A DNA stretch of 10,670 bases from positions 1-10,670 of the forward strand of contig JACZSB010000065.1 in assembly GCA_022574435.1 (NCBI GenBank). Direction: 5' to 3'. Source of the stretch: Fidelibacterota bacterium (GTDB taxonomy: Bacteria > Fidelibacterota > Marinisomatia > SCGC-AAA003-L08 > TS1B11). The stretch's first letter is position 1; every line of letters starts with the position of its first letter. Made by a program: the position numbers and the translations under genes. Shown piece after piece: positions 1 to 7,984 of this stretch. The notes below the pieces were generated by a model. The model saw only the letters and a program-made list of their open reading frames with translations, did no database searches and had not been told where the DNA came from.

Positions 1-165
1 ATGAAAGACCCGGCCTTCCAGGATGCATTTAACCAAGCCAAGGTTCGGATACGCAAGATGGATGTGCGGTTTGTTGAAGAAGCAGAGCCGGTCCGCCAAA
101 CCATCCTTGAAATCTATGTCGCGGTCAGTCTCCGGACTCAATATAACGAGTTTCGCACGCATTGA
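1..165 (+). CDS. Small ORF or 3' fragment of a gene. It translates as MKDPAFQDAFNQAKVRIRKMDVRFVEEAEPVRQTILEIYVAVSLRTQYNEFRTH*. It may continue upstream of the window. No function recognised.
   Basis: The window starts in-frame at an ATG and reads an open frame to TGA at 163-165. Composition is lower in GC than the aconitase region. It is not in the ORF track, probably because it falls below the length cutoff. No recognisable motif. Confidence 0.2.
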   Translation: MKDPAFQDAFNQAKVRIRKMDVRFVEEAEPVRQTILEIYVAVSLRTQYNEFRTH

Positions 166-290
166 TACTTGAGGCTTTGTTGTCTTGGACGGACTAATTC
201 GATATGATGCTGCCTAACAACTCGTGGCAGCTAACGATCCCTCTTAAATACCTGGCCAATCTGTTCGCATCCGCCGGGGCACAAATCCTC

Positions 291-322
291 TTGTTGCGTG
301 CTGCGCAACGCGCTAAATTAAG
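291..322 (+). promoter_or_regulatory. Putative sigma70-like promoter (-35 TTGTTG at 291-296, 17-nt spacer, -10 TAAATT at 314-319). An inverted repeat GTTGCG-n5-CGCAAC (294-310) lies in the spacer. Candidate HigA operator and higBA promoter.
   Basis: Read directly from the sequence: the hexamers, the spacing and the palindrome. The -10 ends only about 7 nt before the GTG start at 326, so the transcript would be near-leaderless. The only SD-like motif is AAGG, 3 nt upstream of the start. Confidence 0.3.
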
Positions 323-325
323 GCT

Positions 326-604
326 GTGATACAATCGTTCCGGCATAAAGGCCTTAAGCGATTATTTGAGACTGGCAGCGTATCAGGTATTCAATCGGGA
401 CACCAAAAGAAGCTACGAATGCAATTATCTGCCCTCGACACTGCCCAGGGTATTGGCGACATGGATATTTCGGGATTTCGACTCCATCCCTTAAAGGGGA
501 AACAAAAGGGCCTATGGGCAATTGACGTGAGTGGAAATTGGCGTGTGACCTTTGGATTTCAAGAGGGCAACGCTTACGGCATTAATTATGAGGATTATCA
601 CTGA
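326..604 (+). CDS. higB: HigB-family toxin (RelE/ParE superfamily mRNA interferase, also called plasmid maintenance system killer protein). GTG start.
   Basis: The 92-aa product begins MIQSFRHKGLKRLFE and ends ...NYEDYH. This matches the conserved HigB N-terminus (MIxSFxHKGLxxLF) and C-terminal (E/D)YH. The toxin lies upstream of the antitoxin, and its TGA stop overlaps the next gene's ATG (ATGA at 601-604). GC is lower than in the flanking genes. Confidence 0.8.
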   Translation: MIQSFRHKGLKRLFETGSVSGIQSGHQKKLRMQLSALDTAQGIGDMDISGFRLHPLKGKQKGLWAIDVSGNWRVTFGFQEGNAYGINYEDYH

Positions 605-897
605 TGAGGATGCATAACCCGCCCCATCCGGGTGAATTTATTCGGGAGATTTATCTGCAACCGTTCCGGATAAGCAGCCGGAGTGTGGCTGAAAAGCTGA
701 AGGTGTCGCCTTCAACTTTCAATCGCCTGGTTAACGGCGCCAGTAATGTCAGCCCTGAGATGGCGCTGAGGCTGTCTAAGACCCTGGGGCGCTCGGCTGA
801 GAGTTGGTTGGCCATGCAGGACAACTATGATCTGTGGCGCGCCAGGGATCAGGTTAATTTAGCGGCTGTAGAGAAACTGGATATATCGGCTGCCTGA
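604..897 (+). CDS. higA: HigA-family antitoxin, an XRE-type HTH DNA-binding protein.
   Basis: The 97-aa product contains MRMHNPPHPGEFIREIYLQP, the HigA signature (MxMHNPxHPGE), and an HTH region KLKVSPSTFNRLVNGASNVSPEMALRLSKTLGRSAESWLAMQDNYDL. It is translationally coupled to higB. Confidence 0.8.
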   Translation: MRMHNPPHPGEFIREIYLQPFRISSRSVAEKLKVSPSTFNRLVNGASNVSPEMALRLSKTLGRSAESWLAMQDNYDLWRARDQVNLAAVEKLDISAA

Positions 898-1014
898 CAA
901 CCATTTTCTCCCCTGGAGCGTCGCGACCACCCCCAATTCGTGCTAAATTCACCTGACCCTCCAGCGGGGCATGAATAGGTTCACCGGGCTGCCGTAAAGT
1001 AAGTACAAGGCCGA

Positions 1015-3276
1015 ATGAAAGACACACTCCAAAACATTGAAAGTCTATATTCCCGGCTGGCAGAGCGCACAGCATGGGCCCGCCAGCGACTGGGCCGTCC
1101 CCTGGCCCTGACGGAGAAGATCCTGTTCGCCCACCTGGCCGAAAGCCAACCCGCCGACCTGCCCCGCCGCGGTGAATCCTATACCAACCTGAACCCCGAC
1201 CGGGTGGCGCTGCAGGACGCCACCGCCCAGATGGCCTTGCTGCAGTTCATGCGTAGCGGCCGCCAGACCGCCGCCGTGCCAACTACCGTTCATTGCGACC
1301 ATCTGATCCGGGCGCAGGTAAGCGCAAAACCGGACCTGGACACGGCCCTCACCGAAAACAATGAGGTGTATGCCTTCCTTAAGAGTGTGTCCAATAAATA
1401 CGGCATCGGTTTTTGGAAACCGGGGTCGGGCATCATACACCAAGTGGTGCTGGAGAATTACGCCTTTCCCGGGGGATTGATGATCGGCACCGACTCCCAC
1501 ACGCCTAACGCCGGAGGACTAGGGATGGTGGCCATAGGGGTGGGCGGCGCCGACGCCGTGGACGTCATGGCCGGACTGCCCTGGGAGCTCAAGTGGCCGA
1601 GCCTCATCGGCGTGCACCTGACGGGCAGCCTGAGCGGCTGGGCGTCTCCCAAGGATGTGATCCTGAAGCTGGCCGGAATGCTCACCGTAAAAGGCGGCAC
1701 GGACAAGATAATTGAGTATTTTGGCCCCGGCACCGCCTACATCAGCGCCACGGGGAAGGGTACCATCACCAACATGGGGGCCGAGCTGGGGGCCACCACG
1801 TCCGTTTTTCCTTACGATGACCGCATAGCGACCTACCTGCGAGCTACGGGACGATCAGACGTCGCCGATCTAGCCGACCGGAATCGCCACCACCTCCAGG
1901 CCGATCCGGAGGTTAGCTCGAACCCTGAAGCGGTATATGATGAGATTATCGAGATCGACCTTTCCCAGTTGGAGCCCCATATTGTCGGTCCTTTCACTCC
2001 GGACCTGGCGCGGCCTATTTCGGAGATGGCCCAGGCGGTGAAGGACAACGGTTACCCGGACGAGCTGAAGGCGGCCCTGATCGGCAGTTGCACCAACTCC
2101 TCTTACGAAGACATCAGCCGGGCGGCTCACGTGGCCCAGCAGGCGTTGGACCACGATTACAAGGCACAGACCACGTTCCTCATTACCCCCGGTTCGGAGC
2201 AGGTCCGGGCCACCATCGAGCGTGACGGCCAGCTGGAAACCCTGACGGGCATCGGAGGGACCGTGCTGGCCAACGCCTGCGGACCGTGCATCGGTCAATG
2301 GAACCGGACCGATGTGAAGGAAGGGGAGAAAAACTCCATAATCAACTCTTTCAACCGCAATTTTGCCCGTCGCAACGACGGCAATCCGGCTACCATGTCC
2401 TTCATCGCCAGCCCGGAGATTGTCACGGCCCTGGCCCTGGCCGGGCGGCTGTCGTTCAACCCCCTGACCGATCCACTGCCGGGTGGGGACGGCGGGTTTA
2501 TGCTTGTGCCCCCAGAGGGTGATGAACTGCCGTCAGCGGGATTCGACCCGGGAAAACCGGGGTACGAAGCACCGGTGGAAGATGGGAGCACGGTGGAGAT
2601 TATCGTAAACCCCAATAGCGAGCGCCTCCAACTGCTGGAACCTTTTCCGGCCTGGGAGGGTAGCGACCTGGAGAATCTGCTGGTGCTGTTCAAGGCCCGG
2701 GGCAAATGCACCACCGATCACATTTCGCCCGCCGGCCCCTGGCTCAGATTTCGGGGCCACCTGGACAATATCAGTAACAACCTGTTTATCGGCGTAAATA
2801 ATGCCTTCTCGGACCAGCCTGGTGAGGGCCGTAACCTGCTGACCGGGGAGTCGGGGGCCAAGTTGAGCGCTATCGCCCGGGCCTACCGGGACCAGGGCTA
2901 CGGGTGGGTCGGCATCGGCGAGGAGAACTACGGTGAAGGTTCCAGCCGGGAGCACGCCGCCATGGAACCGAGGCACTTGGGGGGCCGGGCCATCATCGTT
3001 AAAAGCTTCGCCCGCATCCACGAGACTAACTTAAAGAAGCAGGGGGTTCTACCCCTCATTTTCGCTCAGCCGGAGGACTACGATAAGATTCGGGCCGACG
3101 ATAAAGTTTCCCTGGGGGGACTGACCGAATTGGCGCCTGGGTCGCAAGTGGTCATGGCGCTGCATCACAGCGACGGAACCGAGGAGACCCTGCCGCTCAG
3201 GCACACGCTGAATGAGGCCCAGATAGACTGGTTCAAAGCCGGTTCATCCTTGAACGTGATCGCCGCCGGCCATTAG
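1015..3276 (+). CDS. acn: Aconitate hydratase of the roughly 750-aa mitochondrial-type family (citrate to isocitrate, TCA cycle).
   Basis: The 753-aa ORF contains the [4Fe-4S] ligand motifs [11 protein letters not shown] and [10 protein letters not shown], the substrate-binding [11 protein letters not shown], and C-terminal swivel-domain motifs ([29 protein letters not shown]). Codon bias is uniformly GC-rich. Overlapping ORFs on other frames are artefacts. Confidence 0.95.
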   Translation: MKDTLQNIESLYSRLAERTAWARQRLGRPLALTEKILFAHLAESQPADLPRRGESYTNLNPDRVALQDATAQMALLQFMRSGRQTAAVPTTVHCDHLIRAQVSAKPDLDTALTENNEVYAFLKSVSNKYGIGFWKPGSGIIHQVVLENYAFPGGLMIGTDSHTPNAGGLGMVAIGVGGADAVDVMAGLPWELKWPSLIGVHLTGSLSGWASPKDVILKLAGMLTVKGGTDKIIEYFGPGTAYISATGKGTITNMGAELGATTSVFPYDDRIATYLRATGRSDVADLADRNRHHLQADPEVSSNPEAVYDEIIEIDLSQLEPHIVGPFTPDLARPISEMAQAVKDNGYPDELKAALIGSCTNSSYEDISRAAHVAQQALDHDYKAQTTFLITPGSEQVRATIERDGQLETLTGIGGTVLANACGPCIGQWNRTDVKEGEKNSIINSFNRNFARRNDGNPATMSFIASPEIVTALALAGRLSFNPLTDPLPGGDGGFMLVPPEGDELPSAGFDPGKPGYEAPVEDGSTVEIIVNPNSERLQLLEPFPAWEGSDLENLLVLFKARGKCTTDHISPAGPWLRFRGHLDNISNNLFIGVNNAFSDQPGEGRNLLTGESGAKLSAIARAYRDQGYGWVGIGEENYGEGSSREHAAMEPRHLGGRAIIVKSFARIHETNLKKQGVLPLIFAQPEDYDKIRADDKVSLGGLTELAPGSQVVMALHHSDGTEETLPLRHTLNEAQIDWFKAGSSLNVIAAGH

Positions 3277-3293
3277 GGCCGCTGGGATACGGG

Positions 3294-3319
3294 ACGCCTG
3301 TAGGGGCGCAATTTTTTTT
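3294..3319 (+). terminator. Probable intrinsic terminator of the aconitase gene.
   Basis: A short GC stem (CGCC at 3295-3298 pairing with GGCG at 3305-3308) is followed by an 8-T run at 3312-3319, 18 nt after the stop. The stem is short; the U-tract is strong. Confidence 0.45.
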
Positions 3320-3476
3320 AAGGTAGAATCTGCCGCGCTTCGGTATCTTGGATAATGTTTCCAGCTAAGATCGCGTCTTGGTATGTCTTCAACACGCCGG
3401 CGGGTTGCGCCGGTCCGCATTGGTCAGGAACCTAAAGTATAAATAATTTCTGTGCCATACCCGTATCATTGGCAAT

Positions 3477-3508
3477 AAAAAAAGGGGGCGTGTAACCGCC
3501 CCCTTTTT
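3477..3508. terminator. Bidirectional Rho-independent terminator. Mainly it serves the minus-strand gene 3526-3882.
   Basis: A7 run (3477-3483), then GGGGGCG (3484-3490), a 6-nt loop TGTAAC, CGCCCCC (3497-3503), then T5 (3504-3508). The 7-bp GC stem is perfect and flanked by A- and T-tracts. It sits 23 nt downstream of the minus-strand stop. Confidence 0.65.
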
Positions 3509-3525
3509 GGGCCTGCAAGTGAATA

Positions 3526-3882
3526 TTAAAAGGTTAATTCCAATAAGTTTTCGGCTTCGTTCCATCCCATTTGCAAAGGCACTTTACCAGTGATGCGTAA
3601 ATTGTAATGCTCGATCAATGGCGTGGCATTTACCCGATATGTGGACTTGCCTTTGCCAACGGAGCGCAACTTGAAGGCGGCCTTAGTGCCATACTTCTTG
3701 CCCTTGAGACCGATCCTTTTAGTGACCGGGTCGTAGTATAATTCCACATGCGTGGAACCTTTCAGATATTTTTCATAGGCGGGGCCGTTTAATGAAATCT
3801 GGCCTCCTTTAAGCATTTTTGCTTCCGGATTTTTTTGGGTACCTACAGTTTTTTGGGACGGCACAAACTTTTCAAAAGGCAT
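3526..3882 (-). CDS. Hypothetical 118-aa basic protein in a low-GC islet. Possibly two tandem AbrB/MazE/SpoVT-like (swapped-hairpin) half-domains, and so a candidate DNA-binding regulator. Function unknown.
   Basis: Clean ORF with an AGGA Shine-Dalgarno about 9 nt upstream of the ATG and a terminator immediately downstream. The segment KGGQISLNGPAYEKYLKGSTHVELYYDPVTKRIGLK resembles the AbrB-fold pattern (GxIxIP...VEl..d....i.L.). A second, similar segment is SVGKGKSTYRVNATPLIEHYNL. GC is about 40%, against about 62% in the neighbouring genes. Confidence 0.55.
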   Translation of the reverse strand: MPFEKFVPSQKTVGTQKNPEAKMLKGGQISLNGPAYEKYLKGSTHVELYYDPVTKRIGLKGKKYGTKAAFKLRSVGKGKSTYRVNATPLIEHYNLRITGKVPLQMGWNEAENLLELTF

Positions 3883-4220
3883 AATCTAATCCTTTATGTA
3901 TTAATGGACAGCGAATATTACGAACGGAAATTAGTTAATGCAACATTTAGCACAATGCCTCGCATTATTCCAAGTAATATACACAGTAAAGGCCCTTTTA
4001 AGATCGCACCTTCAATTGTAGCCAACGGTTATTGTTTGACTAATTTATCCTACAATAATTCAGTGCAAATTTGAATTCCAGCGGCTGAAAATATCCCCTG
4101 TGGGGTGTTTTGTGGCGACACTGTTGTTGGATTACTAACAGGACGGCGGTCCAAATAGTTGATGCAATGATTAATTGTTGCCGGTAGCCCAGTGGGGCCG
4201 GCGTTGTAAATACGGCCACC

Positions 4221-5459
4221 CTATTGACGGGGCTGCTTAGCGACTCCTGCCCCGGCCGGTATGGAAAGGTCCAGCCCCAACTGCTTAGCCACCAGCAGCT
4301 GCATGGCCTGGGAGAAGTCCAGTGTACCCTGGTCGGTGCCGCCAACAGCGCCGGCGCCGCCCATGACCAGTTGGGGCACATTGCGCTGAGCATAAGCCGC
4401 AGCCCACTGGCCCTGAATCTTTTCGAAGGTTTCCAGTTTCTGGGCCAAGGCGCCGTCGGCCGCCATCACCAGGCGCTTGCGTTCGGCTTCACCCTGGCCC
4501 AGCAGGATATCCCGCTGGCGGGTCTCTTCGGCCGCCAGGCGCTCCAACCGGGCTACCTCCAGCCCCTGCTCCGCCAGCACCACGGCGGCGATTTTGGTCT
4601 GTTCTTTCTCGTACTTGACCCGCATCACGTCCGCCTTGCCTTCAGCTTCAACGGTGAGGGCCTTCTGCTCCGCTTCTTTGGCCCGGGCTCGGGCGGTCTC
4701 CACTGCCATCAGAGCTTCCTGCTGGGCGGCAATCTGCACCTGGACCTTTTCGGCGTAATTAAAAGTCTTGATTTCGAAGTTCGAAATGCTAATCCCCAGG
4801 CCAGCCATGGGATTGAACAAATAGATCGGCTCGCTGGTGGCTTCATTCCGCTTGATCCGTTTGAAGGTCCTGGTAACCTGCTCCCCACTGACAATATCGG
4901 TGACTTCCCTGGTGATTTCCTCAGTGCTGTACAAGCCGTTCTGGATCTGGTCTCGGGCCCAGTTGATGAAGTCCAGCCGTTTCTCGGAGTAACTTTCGCG
5001 GGCTGACATCAGGTTGGCCGTGGATCGCAAGGCATTACGGACGGTAGGCAGGATCAGTTTTTGCTCCAGATCCCGGTAACTCCGGTAGCCTTCCTTAACA
5101 ATCAAGTTGAGGGCGTCTTGTTCATCGGTTGGCATGGTGATCCGGGCAGTGCCAGATATGTGTGTCAGGGAACCGTCGTTGAACCGAACCTCCATCGAGC
5201 GGTCCTCTGCAACGTCGCCGGCGCCATCGTATTCGGATGTGAAGTAGAACGTTTCAGCCTTGTTCCAGGTGTCGATGGCGCCGAACCAGCGGCCATACAT
5301 GCCGGGTGCCATCCGTACAGACATAGTGCCGGCAATAGCGGCCTGCTTGATCTGGTATTGGCCTCGCTGGTTGGTTACCAAGATCTGGCTGCTGAAAACC
5401 ACCGCTAATACCACCAGCAGTAACAGTACTATAAATGAGACCTGTCGCGTGAAACTCAT
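4221..5459 (-). CDS. SPFH (band 7) flotillin-like protein. It has an N-terminal transmembrane helix, an SPFH domain and an EA-rich coiled-coil flotillin domain.
   Basis: The start is taken at the internal ATG (complement, 5459), which has an AAGGGGG SD 8 nt upstream. That gives MSFTRQVSFIVLLLLVVLAVVFSS (a TM helix) instead of the track's N-terminal extension. The SPFH region follows. The C-terminal EA repeats (AQQEALMAVETARARAKEAEQKALTVEAEGKADVMRVKYEKEQ ... AEETRQRDILLGQGEAERKRL) are typical of flotillin. Confidence 0.85.
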   Translation of the reverse strand: MSFTRQVSFIVLLLLVVLAVVFSSQILVTNQRGQYQIKQAAIAGTMSVRMAPGMYGRWFGAIDTWNKAETFYFTSEYDGAGDVAEDRSMEVRFNDGSLTHISGTARITMPTDEQDALNLIVKEGYRSYRDLEQKLILPTVRNALRSTANLMSARESYSEKRLDFINWARDQIQNGLYSTEEITREVTDIVSGEQVTRTFKRIKRNEATSEPIYLFNPMAGLGISISNFEIKTFNYAEKVQVQIAAQQEALMAVETARARAKEAEQKALTVEAEGKADVMRVKYEKEQTKIAAVVLAEQGLEVARLERLAAEETRQRDILLGQGEAERKRLVMAADGALAQKLETFEKIQGQWAAAYAQRNVPQLVMGGAGAVGGTDQGTLDFSQAMQLLVAKQLGLDLSIPAGAGVAKQPRQ

Positions 5460-5767
5460 TTGGAAACCCCCTTCTGGATTGCCCATATCATAATTCCGTT
5501 TCAGACTGGACAGCAATCTGCGCTGCACCAGCGAGCAAGGCCCTCAATCTGCGGGCCGTTGACCTCCCTGTAATGAGCTGGGTAAAGTTACCGTAAAAAC
5601 TCACCTGCGAGCAGGCGAAATGCGCCCTTTTCCAAGTTCATCGGCAGGTGCCGGACTGTAGATGGCTCCTCAGGCGCCGGTTCCTGAAGCACACCGGGCC
5701 GGGCCGCCGGGGCTACTTCTGCAGGCGGGGCAGCAGCTGCCGGTGGCCCATCCGCCGGTTGGTTGGG

Positions 5768-6295
5768 CTACTGGGGCAGGTTAAAATAACCTTCCCGGTA
5801 CAGATACAATAATACCAATACCAGGGCGATGGGCGCCATAAATATGGCTACCTTGCCCAGAAAATGATTTCGGGGGGGACGCTTGAGTTTCCCCAGAGCG
5901 TCCAGCCCCTGGGCCAGCTGGTCCCTGAGCGAGGCTAATCGACGGCCGTGCTCTGTCAAGCGGGCCAGGGCCTGGGAGAATTGCCGCTCCTTTTCGGCTC
6001 CCGACACGGCCAGGTAAGGCCGTACCAGAAAGGCGCGCAACTCCTGTTCCCAATTATCTGCCCGTCGCTCCAGGCGCTGCCGCTCCGCCAGCAGCCTATG
6101 CCGCACCAGGCGAGGTCTTTGACCCGCGCTGACCTGATTTGGGGCGTCCTCAATTTGTCGTTGCAGATGACGATGCTCTTTCTCGAGCTCGGCACAGGTA
6201 TCGGCCAAATTGTAATAGCCCGGGTTTTCCTCCCGGTCAAGCTCAAGATTTTCAATTGAGTCCGGTGGTGGCATATTGCTGCGGCCAGCCGTCAT
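5768..6295 (-). CDS. Hypothetical coiled-coil protein with a single C-terminal transmembrane anchor (tail-anchored). It lies upstream of the flotillin gene on the same strand.
   Basis: The 175-aa ORF is Arg/Glu/Leu/Gln-rich and predicted helical (…LQRQIEDAPNQ…LLAERQRLERRADNWEQELRAF…). It ends with GKVAIFMAPIALVLVLLYLYREGYFNLPQ, a TM helix. GC-rich codon usage matches the host. There is a 308-nt untranslated gap before the flotillin gene, with no terminator seen. Confidence 0.6.
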   Translation of the reverse strand: MTAGRSNMPPPDSIENLELDREENPGYYNLADTCAELEKEHRHLQRQIEDAPNQVSAGQRPRLVRHRLLAERQRLERRADNWEQELRAFLVRPYLAVSGAEKERQFSQALARLTEHGRRLASLRDQLAQGLDALGKLKRPPRNHFLGKVAIFMAPIALVLVLLYLYREGYFNLPQ

Positions 6296-6464
6296 GGGGT
6301 CTTGGGCGATTCCTGCTTAACCGGCCGGGGGTCAAAGCTAGGCAGTGCGCACCAACGATGCCAATACCTGCAATGTGAGCATTACGGCAGCTAACGGTTT
6401 ACTGCCTAAAGTTGGTTGGTTAACTTCAACACCAATGGTATCTTTAAAAATCCAGGTGAAAACC

Positions 6465-6977
6465 ATGTGGCGGCAATTGGCTTTAGTCCTTCTAGTGGCG
6501 AGCTGTAATAATCAACGGGCCCGGCCGCAACCTGCGCTGGATGCTGATAAGGAAAACCAGCCGGCAGCAATCCTGCTGGGGCCCATTGAGCGCAGCGCCT
6601 TGGGCGATGACCCCTACAGGACCTGGTTCGATGAGCAATATGGCGGATACCAGCTGGACACCCTGACGCTGGCCCTGTTGGCCGAATCGATGGTAGACGT
6701 TGACATCAAGATTTTTTTGGGCACCTGGTGCGAGGACAGCCGGCGTGAAGTGCCCCGGGTCTATAAAATTCTGGATTACCTGGGATACCCGGCGGAGCGG
6801 GTTACTCTGATAGCCCTGGACCGCGATAAACATGGTCCTGTTCACGAGGAGGAAGGATTCGATATCAAATTAGTGCCCACTACCATATTCTACCGGGGCG
6901 GGGTGGAAATCGGTCGCATTATCGAGTCGCCCACCGACACTAATGAGCAAGACATGGCTGAAATTCTGCTCAATTAG
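6465..6977 (+). CDS. Thioredoxin-fold lipoprotein with a monothiol WCxxS motif.
   Basis: The start is taken at ATG 6465, with an AGGTGA SD 6 nt upstream. The signal peptide MWRQLALVLLVASC includes a lipobox (VAS|C). A thioredoxin-like core follows (FLGTWCEDSRREVPRVYKIL ... VPTTIFYRGGVEIGRII). The upstream part of the track ORF lacks an SD and is rejected. Confidence 0.75.
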   Translation: MWRQLALVLLVASCNNQRARPQPALDADKENQPAAILLGPIERSALGDDPYRTWFDEQYGGYQLDTLTLALLAESMVDVDIKIFLGTWCEDSRREVPRVYKILDYLGYPAERVTLIALDRDKHGPVHEEEGFDIKLVPTTIFYRGGVEIGRIIESPTDTNEQDMAEILLN

Positions 6978-7096
6978 GTTAATCGCTAAAACTTCCCGAC
7001 CCGGCCCGGTGCTCGAATTTTTCCACCGCCTGAACTACCGGCCACCAGAATTGTAGCGGCAACCAAGGGTTATTACAGAGTTATAGGAGTATTGTA

Positions 7097-7972
7097 ATGA
7101 ACATCGGATGCCAATCCATGGTTGGGGAAATGCGGCAGGTGCTTTTAAAACACCCCCGGGATGCATTTGGCGGCCAAGCGGGCGTTGAGTCTCAATGGCG
7201 GGGCCTGAACTACCTGGGGCCGCCTGATTTCGATCGTGCCTGCCGGGATTATGACCGGTTCGGTGAGCTGCTGGCCCAGTCGGGAGCGGAGCTCCAATTC
7301 CTGCCACCGCACGATGATACCGGCCTGGATTCGATCTATACGCACGATCCGGCCGTAGTCTCCAATAATGGCGTGGTGCTGGGCAACATGGGTAAGGCTG
7401 AGCGGTCCGGCGAACCACGAGCCGTGGAAGAATTTTGCCGCAGCCATGACATTGCCATCCTGGGAACCATCACTGGTGAGGGCCGCCTGGAAGGCGGGGA
7501 TGTGCTGTGGCTGGATGAACGGACTGTGGCCATCGGGGAAGGCTACCGTACCAACGCCGAGGGCATACAGCAGCTGGAAAGGCTGTTGGGCGGCCTTGTG
7601 GATAGGGTCATCCCGGTACCGTTGCCTCACTGGAACGGCGCCCACGATGTCCTGCACCTGCAATCGATCATCAGCATGGTGGATCACAACCTGGCTGTGG
7701 TATACTCCCGGCTGATGCCGGTACCCTTCCGCCAATACCTGCTTTCGAGGGGGATGCAATTGATCGAAGTCCCCGATAGTGAATATGACACCCTGGGCTG
7801 CAATATATTGGCGGTGGCTCCACGGCACCTTATCATGATCGCCGGCAACCCGGTGACCCAGGAACGGCTGGAGGCCGCCGGTGTACAGGTCCGGACCTAT
7901 GACGGCCGGGAAATCTCGGCCAAGGGGACCGGTGGACCTACCTGTCTGACCAGGCCGTTGTTGCGGATTTAG
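7097..7972 (+). CDS. Amidinotransferase-superfamily hydrolase. It resembles N(G),N(G)-dimethylarginine dimethylaminohydrolase (DDAH) or a citrulline/arginine deiminase-like enzyme.
   Basis: The 291-aa product has a TAGGAG SD 7 nt upstream. Family-like motifs are present (DSIYTHDP, GGDVLWLDERTVAIGEGYRTN, HLQSIISMVDHN). The C-terminal GTGGPTCLTRPL carries the catalytic-Cys motif typical of DDAH and arginine deiminase (GGGxHCxT). Confidence 0.8.
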   Translation: MNIGCQSMVGEMRQVLLKHPRDAFGGQAGVESQWRGLNYLGPPDFDRACRDYDRFGELLAQSGAELQFLPPHDDTGLDSIYTHDPAVVSNNGVVLGNMGKAERSGEPRAVEEFCRSHDIAILGTITGEGRLEGGDVLWLDERTVAIGEGYRTNAEGIQQLERLLGGLVDRVIPVPLPHWNGAHDVLHLQSIISMVDHNLAVVYSRLMPVPFRQYLLSRGMQLIEVPDSEYDTLGCNILAVAPRHLIMIAGNPVTQERLEAAGVQVRTYDGREISAKGTGGPTCLTRPLLRI

Positions 7973-7984
7973 GAGGCTCGGGCC

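Noticed and set aside
1045-3021. Multiple ORFs (1045-1500, 1458-1733, 1833-2048, 1870-2298, 2286-2522, 2295-2714, 2533-3021) on other frames or the opposite strand within the aconitase gene.
   Set aside because: They are fully contained in a strongly supported 753-aa aconitase CDS. GC-rich DNA produces long spurious open frames. Their products are low-complexity (P/G/R/A-rich) with no SD.
3835-4074. Plus-strand 79-aa ORF in the AT-rich region.
   Set aside because: It overlaps the start and promoter of the minus-strand gene, has AT-rich low-complexity codons and no SD. It is most likely a chance open frame in AT-rich DNA.
4224-5493. Plus-strand ORFs 4224-5006, 4477-4758, 5061-5408 and 5260-5493, antisense to the flotillin gene.
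   Set aside because: These are antisense artefacts of a GC-rich, repeat-rich coding region. The flotillin reading is supported by its TM helix, SPFH domain, EA repeats and SD.
5460-5528. N-terminal extension of the flotillin ORF to 5528 (MQRRLLSSLKRNYDMGNPEGGFQ).
   Set aside because: The internal ATG at 5459 has an AAGGGGG SD and begins directly with the TM helix. The extension has no SD.
5781-6378. ORFs 5781-6053(-), 5948-6259(+), 5956-6255(-) and 6139-6378(+) overlapping the coiled-coil gene.
   Set aside because: These are alternative frames of the same GC-rich region. The 175-aa frame has the coherent coiled coil plus C-terminal TM.
6345-6464. Upstream 40 codons of the lipoprotein ORF (MRTNDANTCNVSITAANG...).
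   Set aside because: No SD. The ATG at 6465 has AGGTGA and starts a canonical lipoprotein signal peptide.
7035-7828. ORFs 7035-7418(-), 7145-7828(-), 7336-7533(-) and 7368-7715(+) overlapping the DDAH-like gene.
   Set aside because: These are antisense or alternate-frame artefacts. The 291-aa plus-strand frame has family motifs and a strong SD.
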